Below are positions 1 to 9,812 of a stretch of 64,000 nt of DNA, in pieces. Each line of letters begins with the position of its first letter. Position 1 is the stretch's first letter. Source of the DNA: Treponemataceae bacterium. Its GTDB lineage: Bacteria; Spirochaetota; Spirochaetia; Treponematales; Rectinemataceae. The notes below the pieces were generated by a model that worked only from the letters and a program-made list of their open reading frames with translations, ran no database searches and was not told the DNA's origin. The stretch spans positions 160,001-224,000 of the forward strand of contig CAXXVZ010000002.1 of assembly GCA_963678065.2 (NCBI GenBank), read 5' to 3'. The position numbers and the translations under genes were made by a program.

Positions 1-969
1 CAGGGCCTCCACGCTCCTCCTGATCCGGACACATGCCGCCGCGTACGCCTCCGGGCTGAAAACGCTCTCTTCGCCGCAATCCCCCCTCGCCCCCGACCTT
101 GTCGCGCCGGCCACGGCATCATCGGCAAAAAAGAGGGGTGGTCCGTACCTGAATGCCGCCCGCACGGCGCCCCTGGCCTCGTGGAAAGCGCCCGCCAGTT
201 CCGACGGACGCCCGGCGAGCCGGGATAAGCCTCCCCGAGGCAGGCGGCCCAGGTAGCGCCCTCCGAATTCCTCGGCGAGAGCGAAAACTTCGGCCGCCGC
301 GCCCCGCCCCTCGTTTTTCAGCGCAAGCAGGGCCCTCCTGCCGGAAACGGCCGATCCGATTATCCTGCAATCGGCCCGGGCAAGCTCGCGGACGAGCTGG
401 GCCAGGGCTGGATCTCCGCCTGATCCCTCCGCCGGATCGAAGTCGAGGAAGAGTATCCGATAGGGGCGCTCGAAGGCGGGGTCGGCAAAAGCGAAAAGAG
501 CCTCACCGCGCATGAGCGTCAAAGCGGCCGCGGCGAATCCGGCCGCGGCGCAGGCGCTTCCGCCATCCGGACCCGCCAAGCGCCCCGTCGAGCCTGTCCT
601 TTTCCCGAGCGCGCGAGAGAATGACTCGAGCAATTCCGGAGTCTTGAGGCTGAGTTTGAAGACATAATCGTCCGCTCCGGCCCGCATCGCCTCGCGCACG
701 AGCTCGAAATCGTTCCGGCAGGAGAGGACAATTATGGCGACGCCCTGATTGTCCGCGCGAAGCCTGCGGATCAGCTCCAGGCCGTCGCCTTCGGCCATGA
801 CGAGGTCCGTCAGGACGATATCCGGATCGAGCCTCGCGACGACGGACGCGCCCTCGATCCCGCCTGCAGCCTCCCCGACGACGCTGTACCCGGCCTCGCC
901 GTCGTCCAGAAGGGACCTGATGCCGATGCGGACCAGGATTTCATCATCGACAACGACAACGCGTCTCAT
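1..969 (-). CDS. Response regulator, YesN-like (partial, runs off left edge)
   Basis: Not in the ORF track. Manual translation from ATG at 969 gives MRRVVVVDDEILVRIGIRSLL...DIVLTDLVMAEGDGLELIRRL...GADDYVFK, a receiver domain. The start overlaps the kinase stop (ATGA). Confidence 0.85.
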   Translation of the reverse strand, partial: MRRVVVVDDEILVRIGIRSLLDDGEAGYSVVGEAAGGIEGASVVARLDPDIVLTDLVMAEGDGLELIRRLRADNQGVAIIVLSCRNDFELVREAMRAGADDYVFKLSLKTPELLESFSRALGKRTGSTGRLAGPDGGSACAAAGFAAAALTLMRGEALFAFADPAFERPYRILFLDFDPAEGSGGDPALAQLVRELARADCRIIGSAVSGRRALLALKNEGRGAAAEVFALAEEFGGRYLGRLPRGGLSRLAGRPSELAGAFHEARGAVRAAFRYGPPLFFADDAVAGATRSGARGDCGEESVFSPEAYAAACVRIRRSVEAL

Positions 970-2828
970 CGTGTTTCCACCTCGTCGCTCGCAGGTATCC
1001 GTATCCTGACCACCGCGCCACCCCCTTCGCGGGCCTCGAGTTCGAGCGAAGAGGCGGGGCCGTAGGTGATGGCGAGCATGTCCCGCACGTTCGCGATGCC
1101 GAGACCCTCGTCGGGCTTCGCCTCGGTTCCGGCCACGGCTTTAGCTCCGGCCGGAGACGCCGGCCCGCTATCCTGCCCATGCGCTGCTCCGGGACCCACG
1201 CCCCGATCGGCCACTTCGATGACCAAGGTCCCCCCTCCGGTATGCGCGGAAATTTCCACCAGTCCCTCCTTCGAGACGCCCCTGTAGCCGTGAACGACAC
1301 AGTTCTCGACCAGGGGCTGAAGCATGAACCGGAGTACCCCGGCATCCAGAAGTCTCTCCGGAACCTGAATCCCGAGGGCGAATCTCCCGCCGTACCTGAT
1401 ATTCTGGATCGCAAGATAGTTCTCGACACTTTTGAGCTCCTCTCTGAGCGTGGAGCGGTCGCCGCCCTTGCCCATGCTGTATGACAGAAGTCCCGAGAGG
1501 TGATCCAGAGCCTCGACCATATTATCTGCCTTCCGCAGTATGGCCATCCAGCGGAGGGAATTGAGACTGTTGAACAGGAAGTGCGGGTTGAGTTGGGCGC
1601 TGAGTGCCCGGTAGCGGTAGAGTTCCTTCACTGCGTGTTCGCGCTGGAGACTCGCGATGAGTTCTCCGACCTTGCGCTCGAGGCGGAGGAAAGAGCGGTC
1701 GAGCCTCCCTATCTCATCCTGCCTCTCTAGTATTCCGCCGCCTTCCGGAACTTCGGGAACCGGATTGTCGGGACTCCAGGCCTCCATCCTCCGCGAGAGC
1801 TGCGATATGGGTTTTACGATCCTCCGCGATGCGAAGTACGAAGCCACGAGGGCGAACAGAAGCAGAACAATGAAGGATGGGGCAAAGAGCGCGCGGAGGC
1901 TCGCAAAGCGCCTCGCGAGGTTGCCGTAGTCGTAGAGGACGACGAGAGTCCAGCCCTGCTCCCTCAGCTCGGCGGGCAGTCCCGTGAGTCTTCTGCCTGC
2001 GGCGAGATACCCGCCGGTTTTCAATCCGGAGGAACCCTTCCCTCCGGCAAAGAGGCTTGCCGCGAGGCCTGTCGCCGCGGCTATGGTGCCGCCCGTCACG
2101 GGCAGATTGGCCGTATCGACGAGGACGCCCCCCGGCGTGACGAGGAGGGCCGAGAAATTGGCGCTCGCTCTCCTCTCCCGGAAATACTTCCGGAAAGCCT
2201 CCCGCTCCGCCTGAAAAATGACGACCCCTGTGGGCTCTCCCCGGCCCGCCGGCATCGATCGAGCCACCGATACGAGGAGCTCGTTTTTCCCTTCCTCCAC
2301 GACGAATGAGGGACTGAAGCCTTCCCAGACGAGATGACCCGCCTGGGCCTCGGCTTTTCTGGCTATCGGCAGCCCGGCGAGAAAGGCGTAATCGTGAAAA
2401 TTTCTCGACCAGCTCGTGAAAATGCGATTCCGACCCAGGATCGCGCTCTGACCCAGGATCGTGTAGCGTATGGAATCCCTCCCTGGGATGGCCGCGAGGA
2501 CGGATTCGACGGCGCGGTCCACGATCCGGACCCGCTCGTATTCCGGTCTGTCCGAAACCAGGGCGTGCCTGACCTCCTCGTCGTTCGCGACGACACCCGA
2601 AACGGCGACGAGATCGGCGAGAAACTGCGTGAGGTCCCGCTCGGATCGGTCCAGCGAACTCTGCAGCTCGCCGTCGACGGATTGCCTGACCGCCCCTTCA
2701 AAAAGCGTGAGCCCCGCCACGAAGAGCAGACCCGCGGGCACGACGACAGCGGCCGCGACCACAAGAAAAAATCTCGCCGTAAGCCGCGAACGGACGGAAT
2801 CGGCGATATGGCCGGCAAGTCTGAACAT
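966..2828 (-). CDS. Sensor histidine kinase, YesM-like (HAMP + His_kinase + HATPase)
   Basis: Two TM segments, HAMP (QDEIGRL), SAQLNPHFLFNSLN, LQPLVENCVVHG, DRGVG, GLGIANV. Start placed at MFRLAG because the longer ORF overlaps ROK. Confidence 0.9.
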   Translation of the reverse strand: MFRLAGHIADSVRSRLTARFFLVVAAAVVVPAGLLFVAGLTLFEGAVRQSVDGELQSSLDRSERDLTQFLADLVAVSGVVANDEEVRHALVSDRPEYERVRIVDRAVESVLAAIPGRDSIRYTILGQSAILGRNRIFTSWSRNFHDYAFLAGLPIARKAEAQAGHLVWEGFSPSFVVEEGKNELLVSVARSMPAGRGEPTGVVIFQAEREAFRKYFRERRASANFSALLVTPGGVLVDTANLPVTGGTIAAATGLAASLFAGGKGSSGLKTGGYLAAGRRLTGLPAELREQGWTLVVLYDYGNLARRFASLRALFAPSFIVLLLFALVASYFASRRIVKPISQLSRRMEAWSPDNPVPEVPEGGGILERQDEIGRLDRSFLRLERKVGELIASLQREHAVKELYRYRALSAQLNPHFLFNSLNSLRWMAILRKADNMVEALDHLSGLLSYSMGKGGDRSTLREELKSVENYLAIQNIRYGGRFALGIQVPERLLDAGVLRFMLQPLVENCVVHGYRGVSKEGLVEISAHTGGGTLVIEVADRGVGPGAAHGQDSGPASPAGAKAVAGTEAKPDEGLGIANVRDMLAITYGPASSLELEAREGGGAVVRIRIPASDEVETR

Positions 2829-2878
2829 GGAAAGGAGTCTAGCACGGAGTTGCGGCAGGAAGTAGAAGCGGATACAGC

Positions 2879-4084
2879 TCAGGATCCGAAGTAGATATCC
2901 GCGAGGCAGAGCGCGCCGCCCACGAGCGGCGCGGCCTCGCCTGATTCCGAAAACATGATCCGGAGCGTCTTCGGCATTTTCGTGATCGCGAGCCCCTGCG
3001 CGAATTCCATGATACGGTCGAGGAAGCCCTGTCCGGCTTCCGTATAGACGCCCGACAGCATGATGACGTCCGGATTCAGAATGAGGTTGATATTGTTGAG
3101 TCCGATGGCCATCCACCTCGCGATCTCATCCATGAAGAGAGCCGCTTCGCGCTCGCCTCGCCGGAACCCGGAGAACACTGTGGCCAGATCCCGGGGACTT
3201 TTTCCGCCAGCGCGCGAAAGAAGCCTCCAAGGGCTCACCTGTTGCTCGAAACATCCAGTGCTTCCGCAATTGCAGGTCCCCGTTTCCACCGGATTGATCA
3301 TCATGTGGCCCAGCTCGCCGGCCAGGTTTTCGCTCCCGCGCAGGACACGCCCGTCCATGACAATTCCGGCTCCGAGTCCCTCCCATCCGCAATACACGTG
3401 GACGACGGAGGAGTCACCCTGCCTTCTTCCTCTGCGACACTCGGTCAGCGCGCTCATCCTGAGGATATTGTCGACCCGCACGGGCATATCGGCGCCCAGA
3501 CACTCCGTCAGCATCTTCTGAAGCGGAAGATCGGTACCCCACGAGGGGAAACGCGCGGCGGTACGGATGATCCCGGCATCCGTATCCACGACACCCTGCG
3601 TCGCGACGGCCATCCCGAGTATCTCGCGGTCTCTGCAACCGGGGAAGGCGCGAATCTGCGCGACGAATTTCGCGATCCTGCCGACGACGGAAGGCGCGTC
3701 CTCGTCATCGTACAATTCCTCGCGGACAATGTGCCGTATGCGGGCCAGGGAATCGGTCACGGCCATATCGAGGCTGTTTCCGCAGATGCTGACGGCGATG
3801 ATGCAGGCACAGGAAGCATTGAAGTCATAGAGGTGCGGGGGCTTGCCGGTCGGACGCGCACCCTTCACCCCCTTGGGGTCGACATGTATCGCCAGCCGCT
3901 TTTCACACAACCTGTCCGCAACCCTGAGTACGGTGCCGCGGCTCAGCGCAGAAGCCTCCATCAGGGCAGCTGTCGAAGAGACACCGCGCGCTCTCAGGAT
4001 GCCGAGCATGGTCTTCTGGTTTTCCCTCTCGTCACTGTCGTAGGGATCCTTCATGGCCGGAGTCTTCGTGTCGGGGGCTTCCAT
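2879..4084 (-). CDS. ROK family transcriptional regulator
   Basis: N-terminal HTH, GLGAGIV, LAGELGHM, CNCGSTGCFE zinc motif. Confidence 0.9.
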   Translation of the reverse strand: MEAPDTKTPAMKDPYDSDERENQKTMLGILRARGVSSTAALMEASALSRGTVLRVADRLCEKRLAIHVDPKGVKGARPTGKPPHLYDFNASCACIIAVSICGNSLDMAVTDSLARIRHIVREELYDDEDAPSVVGRIAKFVAQIRAFPGCRDREILGMAVATQGVVDTDAGIIRTAARFPSWGTDLPLQKMLTECLGADMPVRVDNILRMSALTECRRGRRQGDSSVVHVYCGWEGLGAGIVMDGRVLRGSENLAGELGHMMINPVETGTCNCGSTGCFEQQVSPWRLLSRAGGKSPRDLATVFSGFRRGEREAALFMDEIARWMAIGLNNINLILNPDVIMLSGVYTEAGQGFLDRIMEFAQGLAITKMPKTLRIMFSESGEAAPLVGGALCLADIYFGS

Positions 4085-4227
4085 CTTGGAACGACATCAT
4101 ATCACGGTATCAAAATATCGCAAGAACAAATGCTGTGCAAAGTGCGTGGCAGAGGACAGCCGCTCATCGCAATACAGGGCGCACGCGCGTGCACCGGGAA
4201 CAACCTGGCAGCGCAGTTCGGTTTCGG

Positions 4228-4842
4228 CTAACGCGCCACCGGCTGGCGGATGATCGTCCTCAATTTCTCCGGCGCCACGCGCCGCGCATCGGAGAGATAT
4301 ATCTCGCGGTGGAATCCTTCTTTTCTCAGACCTGAAGTGTCGATATACGCGTGGAGCCGCGCGATGGTCGGCGGTTCGTCGTCGTAGGGGCCGAGATGAA
4401 GGATCTGTGCCGCCTCATGGGCTTTTCTGCGCTCGAATCGCAGGTCGGCGAGGGCGGGAGAGGCGTCTTTCTTGGCCCGTGCCGATTCAATCGCGGCACG
4501 CGCGTCCGCCTCGGCGATGAAATCGGGCTGAACGATCATGAGTGTCCATTTCCACTCGGCCGTGCGCTCCATCGAAAACTGGACCATGTCCTCGCACCAC
4601 CAGTCACCTTCGAGGCCGAGGACGCCCCAGTCGAGGCCGCGCGATTTCTTGAGCGCGAACTTGAGCGTGAAGCTCGCCGCATAGAGCGCCGCGACGCCGT
4701 CCTGGAAGCGCTGCGAGCCATTGGGGTCGCCTGAGCCGTCTACGGCGAAGACGGCGAGTTCGGGCACGGAGACAAGGGCAGGTTCGGCTTTGGCCGAGTA
4801 GAGCTCTTTGTAGATCTTCTTCAGATCGATCTTTTCGGACAT
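4228..4842 (-). CDS. GyrI-like small-molecule-binding domain protein
   Basis: MSEKIDLKKIYKELY, DGSGDPN, LEGDWW, LHLGPYDDE, HREIYLSDARR. RBS GAGGAGG precedes ATG at 4842. Confidence 0.85.
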   Translation of the reverse strand: MSEKIDLKKIYKELYSAKAEPALVSVPELAVFAVDGSGDPNGSQRFQDGVAALYAASFTLKFALKKSRGLDWGVLGLEGDWWCEDMVQFSMERTAEWKWTLMIVQPDFIAEADARAAIESARAKKDASPALADLRFERRKAHEAAQILHLGPYDDEPPTIARLHAYIDTSGLRKEGFHREIYLSDARRVAPEKLRTIIRQPVAR

Positions 4843-5013
4843 GTCGTCCCTCCTCTTTTGCTCGCGGCGGCGGAATGGTCTGCCGGGACGGCGGGCGCAA
4901 CGGCCTCGCCGCTCCGGCATGTGGCATAATACCACAAAAACTCCAGGACAGTCTTTGCCACGGCATTTCAGTATGCCGGGGACGGTCACTTCCCCTTCGC
5001 TGCTCCGTGCCGA

Positions 5014-6030
5014 CTAAAGCGGGCGAACCGGTTCGCAGATGTCGAGGATAAACTTGTGTTCCGGGTGGGTCTCCGGATCGTTGACGTAGAGTTCGTAGCA
5101 CATCCTGTCGTCGGGCTGCCAGCCGGATGAGGGAAACCACTCGCCCATGAGAAGATCCCAGGCCTCGCCGAACTGATCCATGGTGATCGCGAAATGCGCG
5201 ACGGCGAATTTCCCGCCCGGAATGACCATGAGGGAGATTCCATTCGAGATCTCGGTCCCGGCGGGTACGGTGACACAGGCGCTCGAGCGGAGCTTGTCCG
5301 GGTCCGTCACTTCGGGGCTGTCGTGGTAGACGGCGAGGGTCTTCGCGTCGGGGACCGAATAGAATCCGCGGGGTCCGGCCCAGCGGCCGAGCCTCTCGAA
5401 CGCTTCGCCCATCCCGCTGTAGGGACCGATGTGGCGCGCGTATGCGACATGGAGTTCGGGAAGGTCTTTCACTTCCACAGTGTAGCTGAGCTTGGACATG
5501 GGGAGCCTCCGTTCATCAATCGTGATGAAAGGAATGTACTCCCCCGCTCCGGGATTCTCTTGCCCGGGAGTGCCCAGCGCATTGCGCGCAGTGCCGGATT
5601 CTTTGCCGATCATGCCGGCCACTTTGCTACCCTTGCGCCCGGCGGGCATGCCGTCGAGGTCCCGACCGCGGCCGCTCCGCCACTCGCTCGCCGATACGGA
5701 AAATCGCTCTCTGAATGCGCGGGAAAAGACACTCGGGCTCGAGAAGCCGCAGGCCATGGCTATCTCGGTGACCGATTCCAGAGGATGGTCCGTCAGCCGC
5801 GAAGCCGCGCGCTCGAGCCTCGTGCGCTTGAGGAAATCCCCGACCGTTTCGCCGACTACGCCGGCGAACACCCTGTGAAAATGGAAGCGCGAAAAGGCAG
5901 CCACATCGGCAAGATCGTCGATGGAGAGATCTTCGCCGTAATGTGCGTAAATATAGTCGATGACACGCTCTATCCGCGCGCAGTATTCGCGCCTGAGCAG
6001 CTCTTCCCGTGTCGCCATGCCGTTCTCCAT
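5014..6030 (-). CDS. AraC family regulator with C-terminal GyrI-like effector domain
   Basis: FSRFHFHRVF and CGFSSPSVFSRAF HTH motifs; C-terminal RHIGPY...YHDSPEVTDPDKLRS. Start uncertain (6018-6078). Confidence 0.9.
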   Translation of the reverse strand: MENGMATREELLRREYCARIERVIDYIYAHYGEDLSIDDLADVAAFSRFHFHRVFAGVVGETVGDFLKRTRLERAASRLTDHPLESVTEIAMACGFSSPSVFSRAFRERFSVSASEWRSGRGRDLDGMPAGRKGSKVAGMIGKESGTARNALGTPGQENPGAGEYIPFITIDERRLPMSKLSYTVEVKDLPELHVAYARHIGPYSGMGEAFERLGRWAGPRGFYSVPDAKTLAVYHDSPEVTDPDKLRSSACVTVPAGTEISNGISLMVIPGGKFAVAHFAITMDQFGEAWDLLMGEWFPSSGWQPDDRMCYELYVNDPETHPEHKFILDICEPVRPL

Positions 6031-6193
6031 GTACACATCTGTATAGTCTATTTTACCAGAGGATGCGACAAGACGCAAGGCAAATACTGCCGCGCCGACG
6101 CATCATGCCTATCCGGATAGTGCAATGGGTAATGACCTCCTGCCTCTCGTTGGCATGTTCTCCTAAAGTTGCCGCCGCAGGACGAACACCATA

Positions 6194-6595
6194 TCAAAAA
6201 TCAATTTTCCTTGGAGGCTGTCCCGCAACATCAGATACAAGTGCAGTTCCATGGTCAAGATAAAATACCTCGAATGCCGGATGATCGACTGTCTTGTAGA
6301 TCGATTTAACTACACTGCTCTTTTCCAATATTGCAGCCTTGATCGCGGGATCATTGCTGAACTTGACATCGCCTGAGAGCCGTATCCAGCCACCCTGCGG
6401 GTTTGAGCACGAAAACTCTGTAGTCGGATTCAGTTTGAGCTGTTTGCATACTTCTTTCGTGTTGTTGGTGCTGAAGCACAGTTTCCCTTCGAATTCCAGC
6501 ATGAATTGATAGGGGCGCACCCTCGGCCTTCCTTCCTCAAGAGTCGCGAGAAAGCCGTTGATGTTCTCGTCCAGAAATTTGACAATGTCCTGCAT
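6194..6595 (-). CDS. Pyridoxamine 5'-phosphate oxidase-like (split-barrel flavin-binding) protein
   Basis: FLATLEEGRPRVRPYQFM, FSTNNTKEVCKQL, WIRLSG. AGGAGG RBS before ATG at 6595. Confidence 0.8.
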   Translation of the reverse strand: MQDIVKFLDENINGFLATLEEGRPRVRPYQFMLEFEGKLCFSTNNTKEVCKQLKLNPTTEFSCSNPQGGWIRLSGDVKFSNDPAIKAAILEKSSVVKSIYKTVDHPAFEVFYLDHGTALVSDVAGQPPRKIDF

Positions 6596-6684
6596 GATGG
6601 TAAACCTCCTTAAAATGAGATATATCCGGGCGGCAGGGCAAAAAGCCTCACCGGACATGATCTGGTTGAACTTGATCCGGCCGA

Positions 6685-6950
6685 TTATTTCACCACATCC
6701 GGATCTTGCAAGTAATGAACCTTCCCATCGGAATCCCTGTAGAACTGGCAGAGGAACTCGTCTCAGAAGAACCAGGCCTCCTGTACGGAGAAGTTGTACT
6801 AACGCCCCTGCATGATCGAGTAGCGTACCATTGGCACGCCTGCCGCGTTCAGCCAAACCTGGTGATTGTAAAGGCCGGATGTATATGTCAACGGCTTCTC
6901 GATGTCCCTGGCCTTGCTCCGCCCGATCCAGTACATCACGGTCGCCATCG
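6685..6950 (-). pseudogene. 3' remnant of a secreted esterase paralogous to 39490..41328
   Basis: Manual translation ATVMYWIGRSKARDIEKPLTYTSGLYNHQVWLNAAGVPMVRYSIMQGR*YNFSVQEAWFF*DEFLCQFYRDSDGKVHYLQDPDVVK* aligns with the C-terminus of the 39490 protein. In-frame TAG (6799-6801) and TGA (6763-6765). Confidence 0.8.
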
Positions 6951-7124
6951 GCCCGGAGGTCACGCCGCGAAGATATCGGGTGCCAGCTATAGGCTTTTAC
7001 ATCGGATGAAAAGCACGAACGGTGCAGAAGCTGCTTGCGGAGCTATCAGGAGATAAATATTTGTGCGCAGCACAAAATTCTTGCCATCAAGTTCCTTCAC
7101 AGTTGCCATCACGATTTCCTTTTA

Positions 7125-7190
7125 CGATATATCGCACATATATATTCAATATTTCATCAGGATATTACACCCGTGTTTTTGTGCTGTCAA
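7125..7190 (-). promoter_or_regulatory. Sigma70-type promoter with downstream CGATATATCG box
   Basis: Minus strand TTGACA-N17-TAATAT (7190-7162); palindrome CGATATATCG at 7125-7134. Confidence 0.6.
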
Positions 7191-7264
7191 CGAGTATTTC
7201 CAGGATTGTCAATGAACAATTGGAATGACCCCATTCCTGGCAGAGCAGACATCCGGCCTGCCTG

Positions 7265-8146
7265 TTATGATGATTGAGCGGGGCAAAACGAATCGATGAA
7301 TGCTTTGGCCGCCTTGGACAGGTATCGCTTCCCGTTCCAGGCCAATCCGACGATGAGGACGAGTGGCTCGGCAAGCGGGCGGACCATGACGGAGTCCTGA
7401 TTACGAGCAATATCTTCGATGAAGAACGTGATGCCTGCCCCTTGACTGACCAGACCGATGACAGTGCCGATCTGGCTCGATGAAAAAGCAATCCGGGGGA
7501 CAAAATGGAATTTGTCGCACTCTTTCAAGATCATCTGCCGGCTGTATGTGTCCTCCCCGAACAGGATGAAAGGCTGGTCTCGCAATTTGTCGAAAGGGAT
7601 TCTTTCGTACTCCCCAAGCGGGTGACCAGGGGGCAGGCAGACCAGAATCTGACCTCGGCTTATCTGCTGGCTCTTCAGATCGGAAGGCATGTCAGATGTG
7701 ATCATGATCCCGATATCAAGTTCTCCCTTCTCGAGTTGGGCTGCAATGGACAGAGATCCTTCTTCCACGACAGCGATGCTCACATTCGGAAAATTTTTCT
7801 GAAAATGAGCGAATGCCGACGGAAATAGAACGGCTCCCATCATGGGAGTGATCCCGATCCGGATTGTTCCCTTCTGCAGCAGGCGATGGTCGTTCATTTC
7901 TGCAATCGAATCGCTCACACGCGTCAGTATGTCTTCCACATGGCGCAAGAATATCTGTCCCTCCGGAGTCAGCGAGATCCGTTTCTGGCTGCGGTTCAGG
8001 AGCTTTACCCCCAGCTCTTCCTCAAGACTCTGGATCCCGATGGTCACCGAAGGCTGGGAGACATGCAATTGATCGGCTGCCCTGGTAATGTTATTCAGTC
8101 GACTCGCAGCCTGAAAATACTCGAGTTGTCGAAGTTCCATTGCCAT
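7265..8146 (-). CDS. LysR family transcriptional regulator
   Basis: MELRQLEYF...ITRAADQLHVSQPSVT HTH plus LysR substrate domain; divergent from the aldehyde dehydrogenase. Confidence 0.95.
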   Translation of the reverse strand: MAMELRQLEYFQAASRLNNITRAADQLHVSQPSVTIGIQSLEEELGVKLLNRSQKRISLTPEGQIFLRHVEDILTRVSDSIAEMNDHRLLQKGTIRIGITPMMGAVLFPSAFAHFQKNFPNVSIAVVEEGSLSIAAQLEKGELDIGIMITSDMPSDLKSQQISRGQILVCLPPGHPLGEYERIPFDKLRDQPFILFGEDTYSRQMILKECDKFHFVPRIAFSSSQIGTVIGLVSQGAGITFFIEDIARNQDSVMVRPLAEPLVLIVGLAWNGKRYLSKAAKAFIDSFCPAQSS

Positions 8147-8154
8147 ATGCTCCC

Positions 8155-8177
8155 TATAATAGTTTCAAACTATTATA
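8155..8177. promoter_or_regulatory. Probable LysR operator
   Basis: Perfect inverted repeat TATAATAGTTT-C-AAACTATTATA in the divergent LysR/ALDH intergenic region. Confidence 0.65.
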
Positions 8178-8339
8178 CTATAAAAAACAAATATTTTACA
8201 TCTATGATTCATCTCAGTATCATGCAATCAGATCTGATTGTGGCTCGCGAGCCGGTCTTGCGATGCACTGACTGGGCGCGCGCTGTTACAAGGATCTGAG
8301 CACAGAAAGCCGGGGAAAGGCCGGAAAAGGAGAAAAGGT

Positions 8340-9797
8340 ATGGGTGAAGTGCGGAATCATCGAAATTTCATCGACGGCAAATGGGTCGCACCCCATTCGG
8401 GGAAGTACCTTCAGGACAGCAACCCCGCTGACTGCACTGATCTCATAGGCAATTTTCCCTTATCAGACGCGGAAGATGTCCATGCCGCCGCGGAAGGTGC
8501 CCACAAGGCTTTCAAGCTCTGGAGTCAGCTGAAACCTGCAAAGAGGGAGACATACATCGATCGTTTTGCGGCGCTTCTGGAGCGGAACAGACAAAAAATC
8601 GGCGAAGCGCTCTGTCGCGAGGAAGGAAAAACTCTCAAGGAAGCCATCGGGGAGCCTGATCGCGGTGTTGAGGAATCCCGTTATTTTTCCGGCGAAGGTC
8701 GACGCCTCGAAGGGATCACGATGCCCAGCGATCGCGAGGGGGTGACGAGCGTGGCAACCCGTGTGCCGATCGGGGTTGTCGCCGCGATCAACCCGTGGAA
8801 TTTCCCCATCCTGACGCCCCTTCGCAAGATCATCCCGGCGCTGGTCACTGGCAACACAGTCCTCTTCAAACCGGCAAACGATACACCCCATTGCGGCGTA
8901 CTGCTGATGGAGTTGTTCGAGGAGGCCGGCTTGCCGCCTGGTGTGGTGAACATGGTCATCGGGCAGGGCAGCACAATGGGCGACGCGATCGCGGGCAATC
9001 CGCTGGTCCGGGGGATCACCTTCACTGGCTCTACCGCAGTCGGGCGCAGAATCAACACTGTGGCCGCAGGGCACTTTGCCAAGGTACAGCTGGAGATGGG
9101 CGGTAAAAACCCGGCCATCGTCGCAGATTACCAAAACCTGGATTTCGCCGCTGCCCAGATCACTTCAGCGGCGTTCGCGGTAAGTGGGCAACGCTGTACC
9201 TCGATCAGCCGTCTTATAGTGCTCAGAGAACATGCCGAGGCCTTGGAAAACAAGATCGCGGAGAAGATGAAGTCCTATATCGTCGGCAACGGCATGAATC
9301 CCAAGGTCACGATCGGACCGATCATCAATCGCGCCGCCGGCGAGAGCATCATGGCGTATATCCGCGGGGCCAGGGAGACGGGAGCCACGATCAAGGCCGG
9401 GGGCAATCAGCTGAAAGGCGGCGACCTGGATAGAGGATTTTACATCGAACCGACGCTTATATCTGACGTCACACCTGACATGAAAGTGGCTATCGATGAA
9501 ATCTTCGGACCCGTCCTGGTCAGCATCAAGGTGGATTCGTTCGAGGAGGCCATGGAAGTTGCAAACAACACCGAATATGGTTTGGCCGCTTCGCTTTTTT
9601 CCGACAATCTCTCATATATCCATACATTCCAGCGCGATATAGAAACCGGCATGGCTCATGTCAACCATGGGACCATAACGGACTCCTGCATGCCTTTCGG
9701 CGGCGTGAAAAGTTCCGGCTTGGGGCCATTCTCCAAGGGGGCGACAAACAAGGATTTCTTCACGACCTACAAAGTCAATTATCTGAAATTCATTTAG
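8340..9797 (+). CDS. NAD(P)-dependent aldehyde dehydrogenase
   Basis: INPWNFP, FTGSTAVG, LEMGGKNP (Glu), SGQRCTS (Cys), EIFGPV, PFGGVKSSG. Confidence 0.95.
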   Translation: MGEVRNHRNFIDGKWVAPHSGKYLQDSNPADCTDLIGNFPLSDAEDVHAAAEGAHKAFKLWSQLKPAKRETYIDRFAALLERNRQKIGEALCREEGKTLKEAIGEPDRGVEESRYFSGEGRRLEGITMPSDREGVTSVATRVPIGVVAAINPWNFPILTPLRKIIPALVTGNTVLFKPANDTPHCGVLLMELFEEAGLPPGVVNMVIGQGSTMGDAIAGNPLVRGITFTGSTAVGRRINTVAAGHFAKVQLEMGGKNPAIVADYQNLDFAAAQITSAAFAVSGQRCTSISRLIVLREHAEALENKIAEKMKSYIVGNGMNPKVTIGPIINRAAGESIMAYIRGARETGATIKAGGNQLKGGDLDRGFYIEPTLISDVTPDMKVAIDEIFGPVLVSIKVDSFEEAMEVANNTEYGLAASLFSDNLSYIHTFQRDIETGMAHVNHGTITDSCMPFGGVKSSGLGPFSKGATNKDFFTTYKVNYLKFI

Positions 9798-9812
9798 AGC
9801 GTATGGATAAAC

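Noticed and set aside
4294..4305. GAGATATATCTC palindrome resembling the regulon box
   Set aside because: It lies inside the GyrI CDS (encodes EIYL) and has no promoter context.
6763..6801. In-frame TGA and TAG as selenocysteine/pyrrolysine or an alternative genetic code
   Set aside because: TGA aligns with Trp, the fragment lacks its 5' portion and catalytic His, and TGA/TAG act as normal stops elsewhere in the window.
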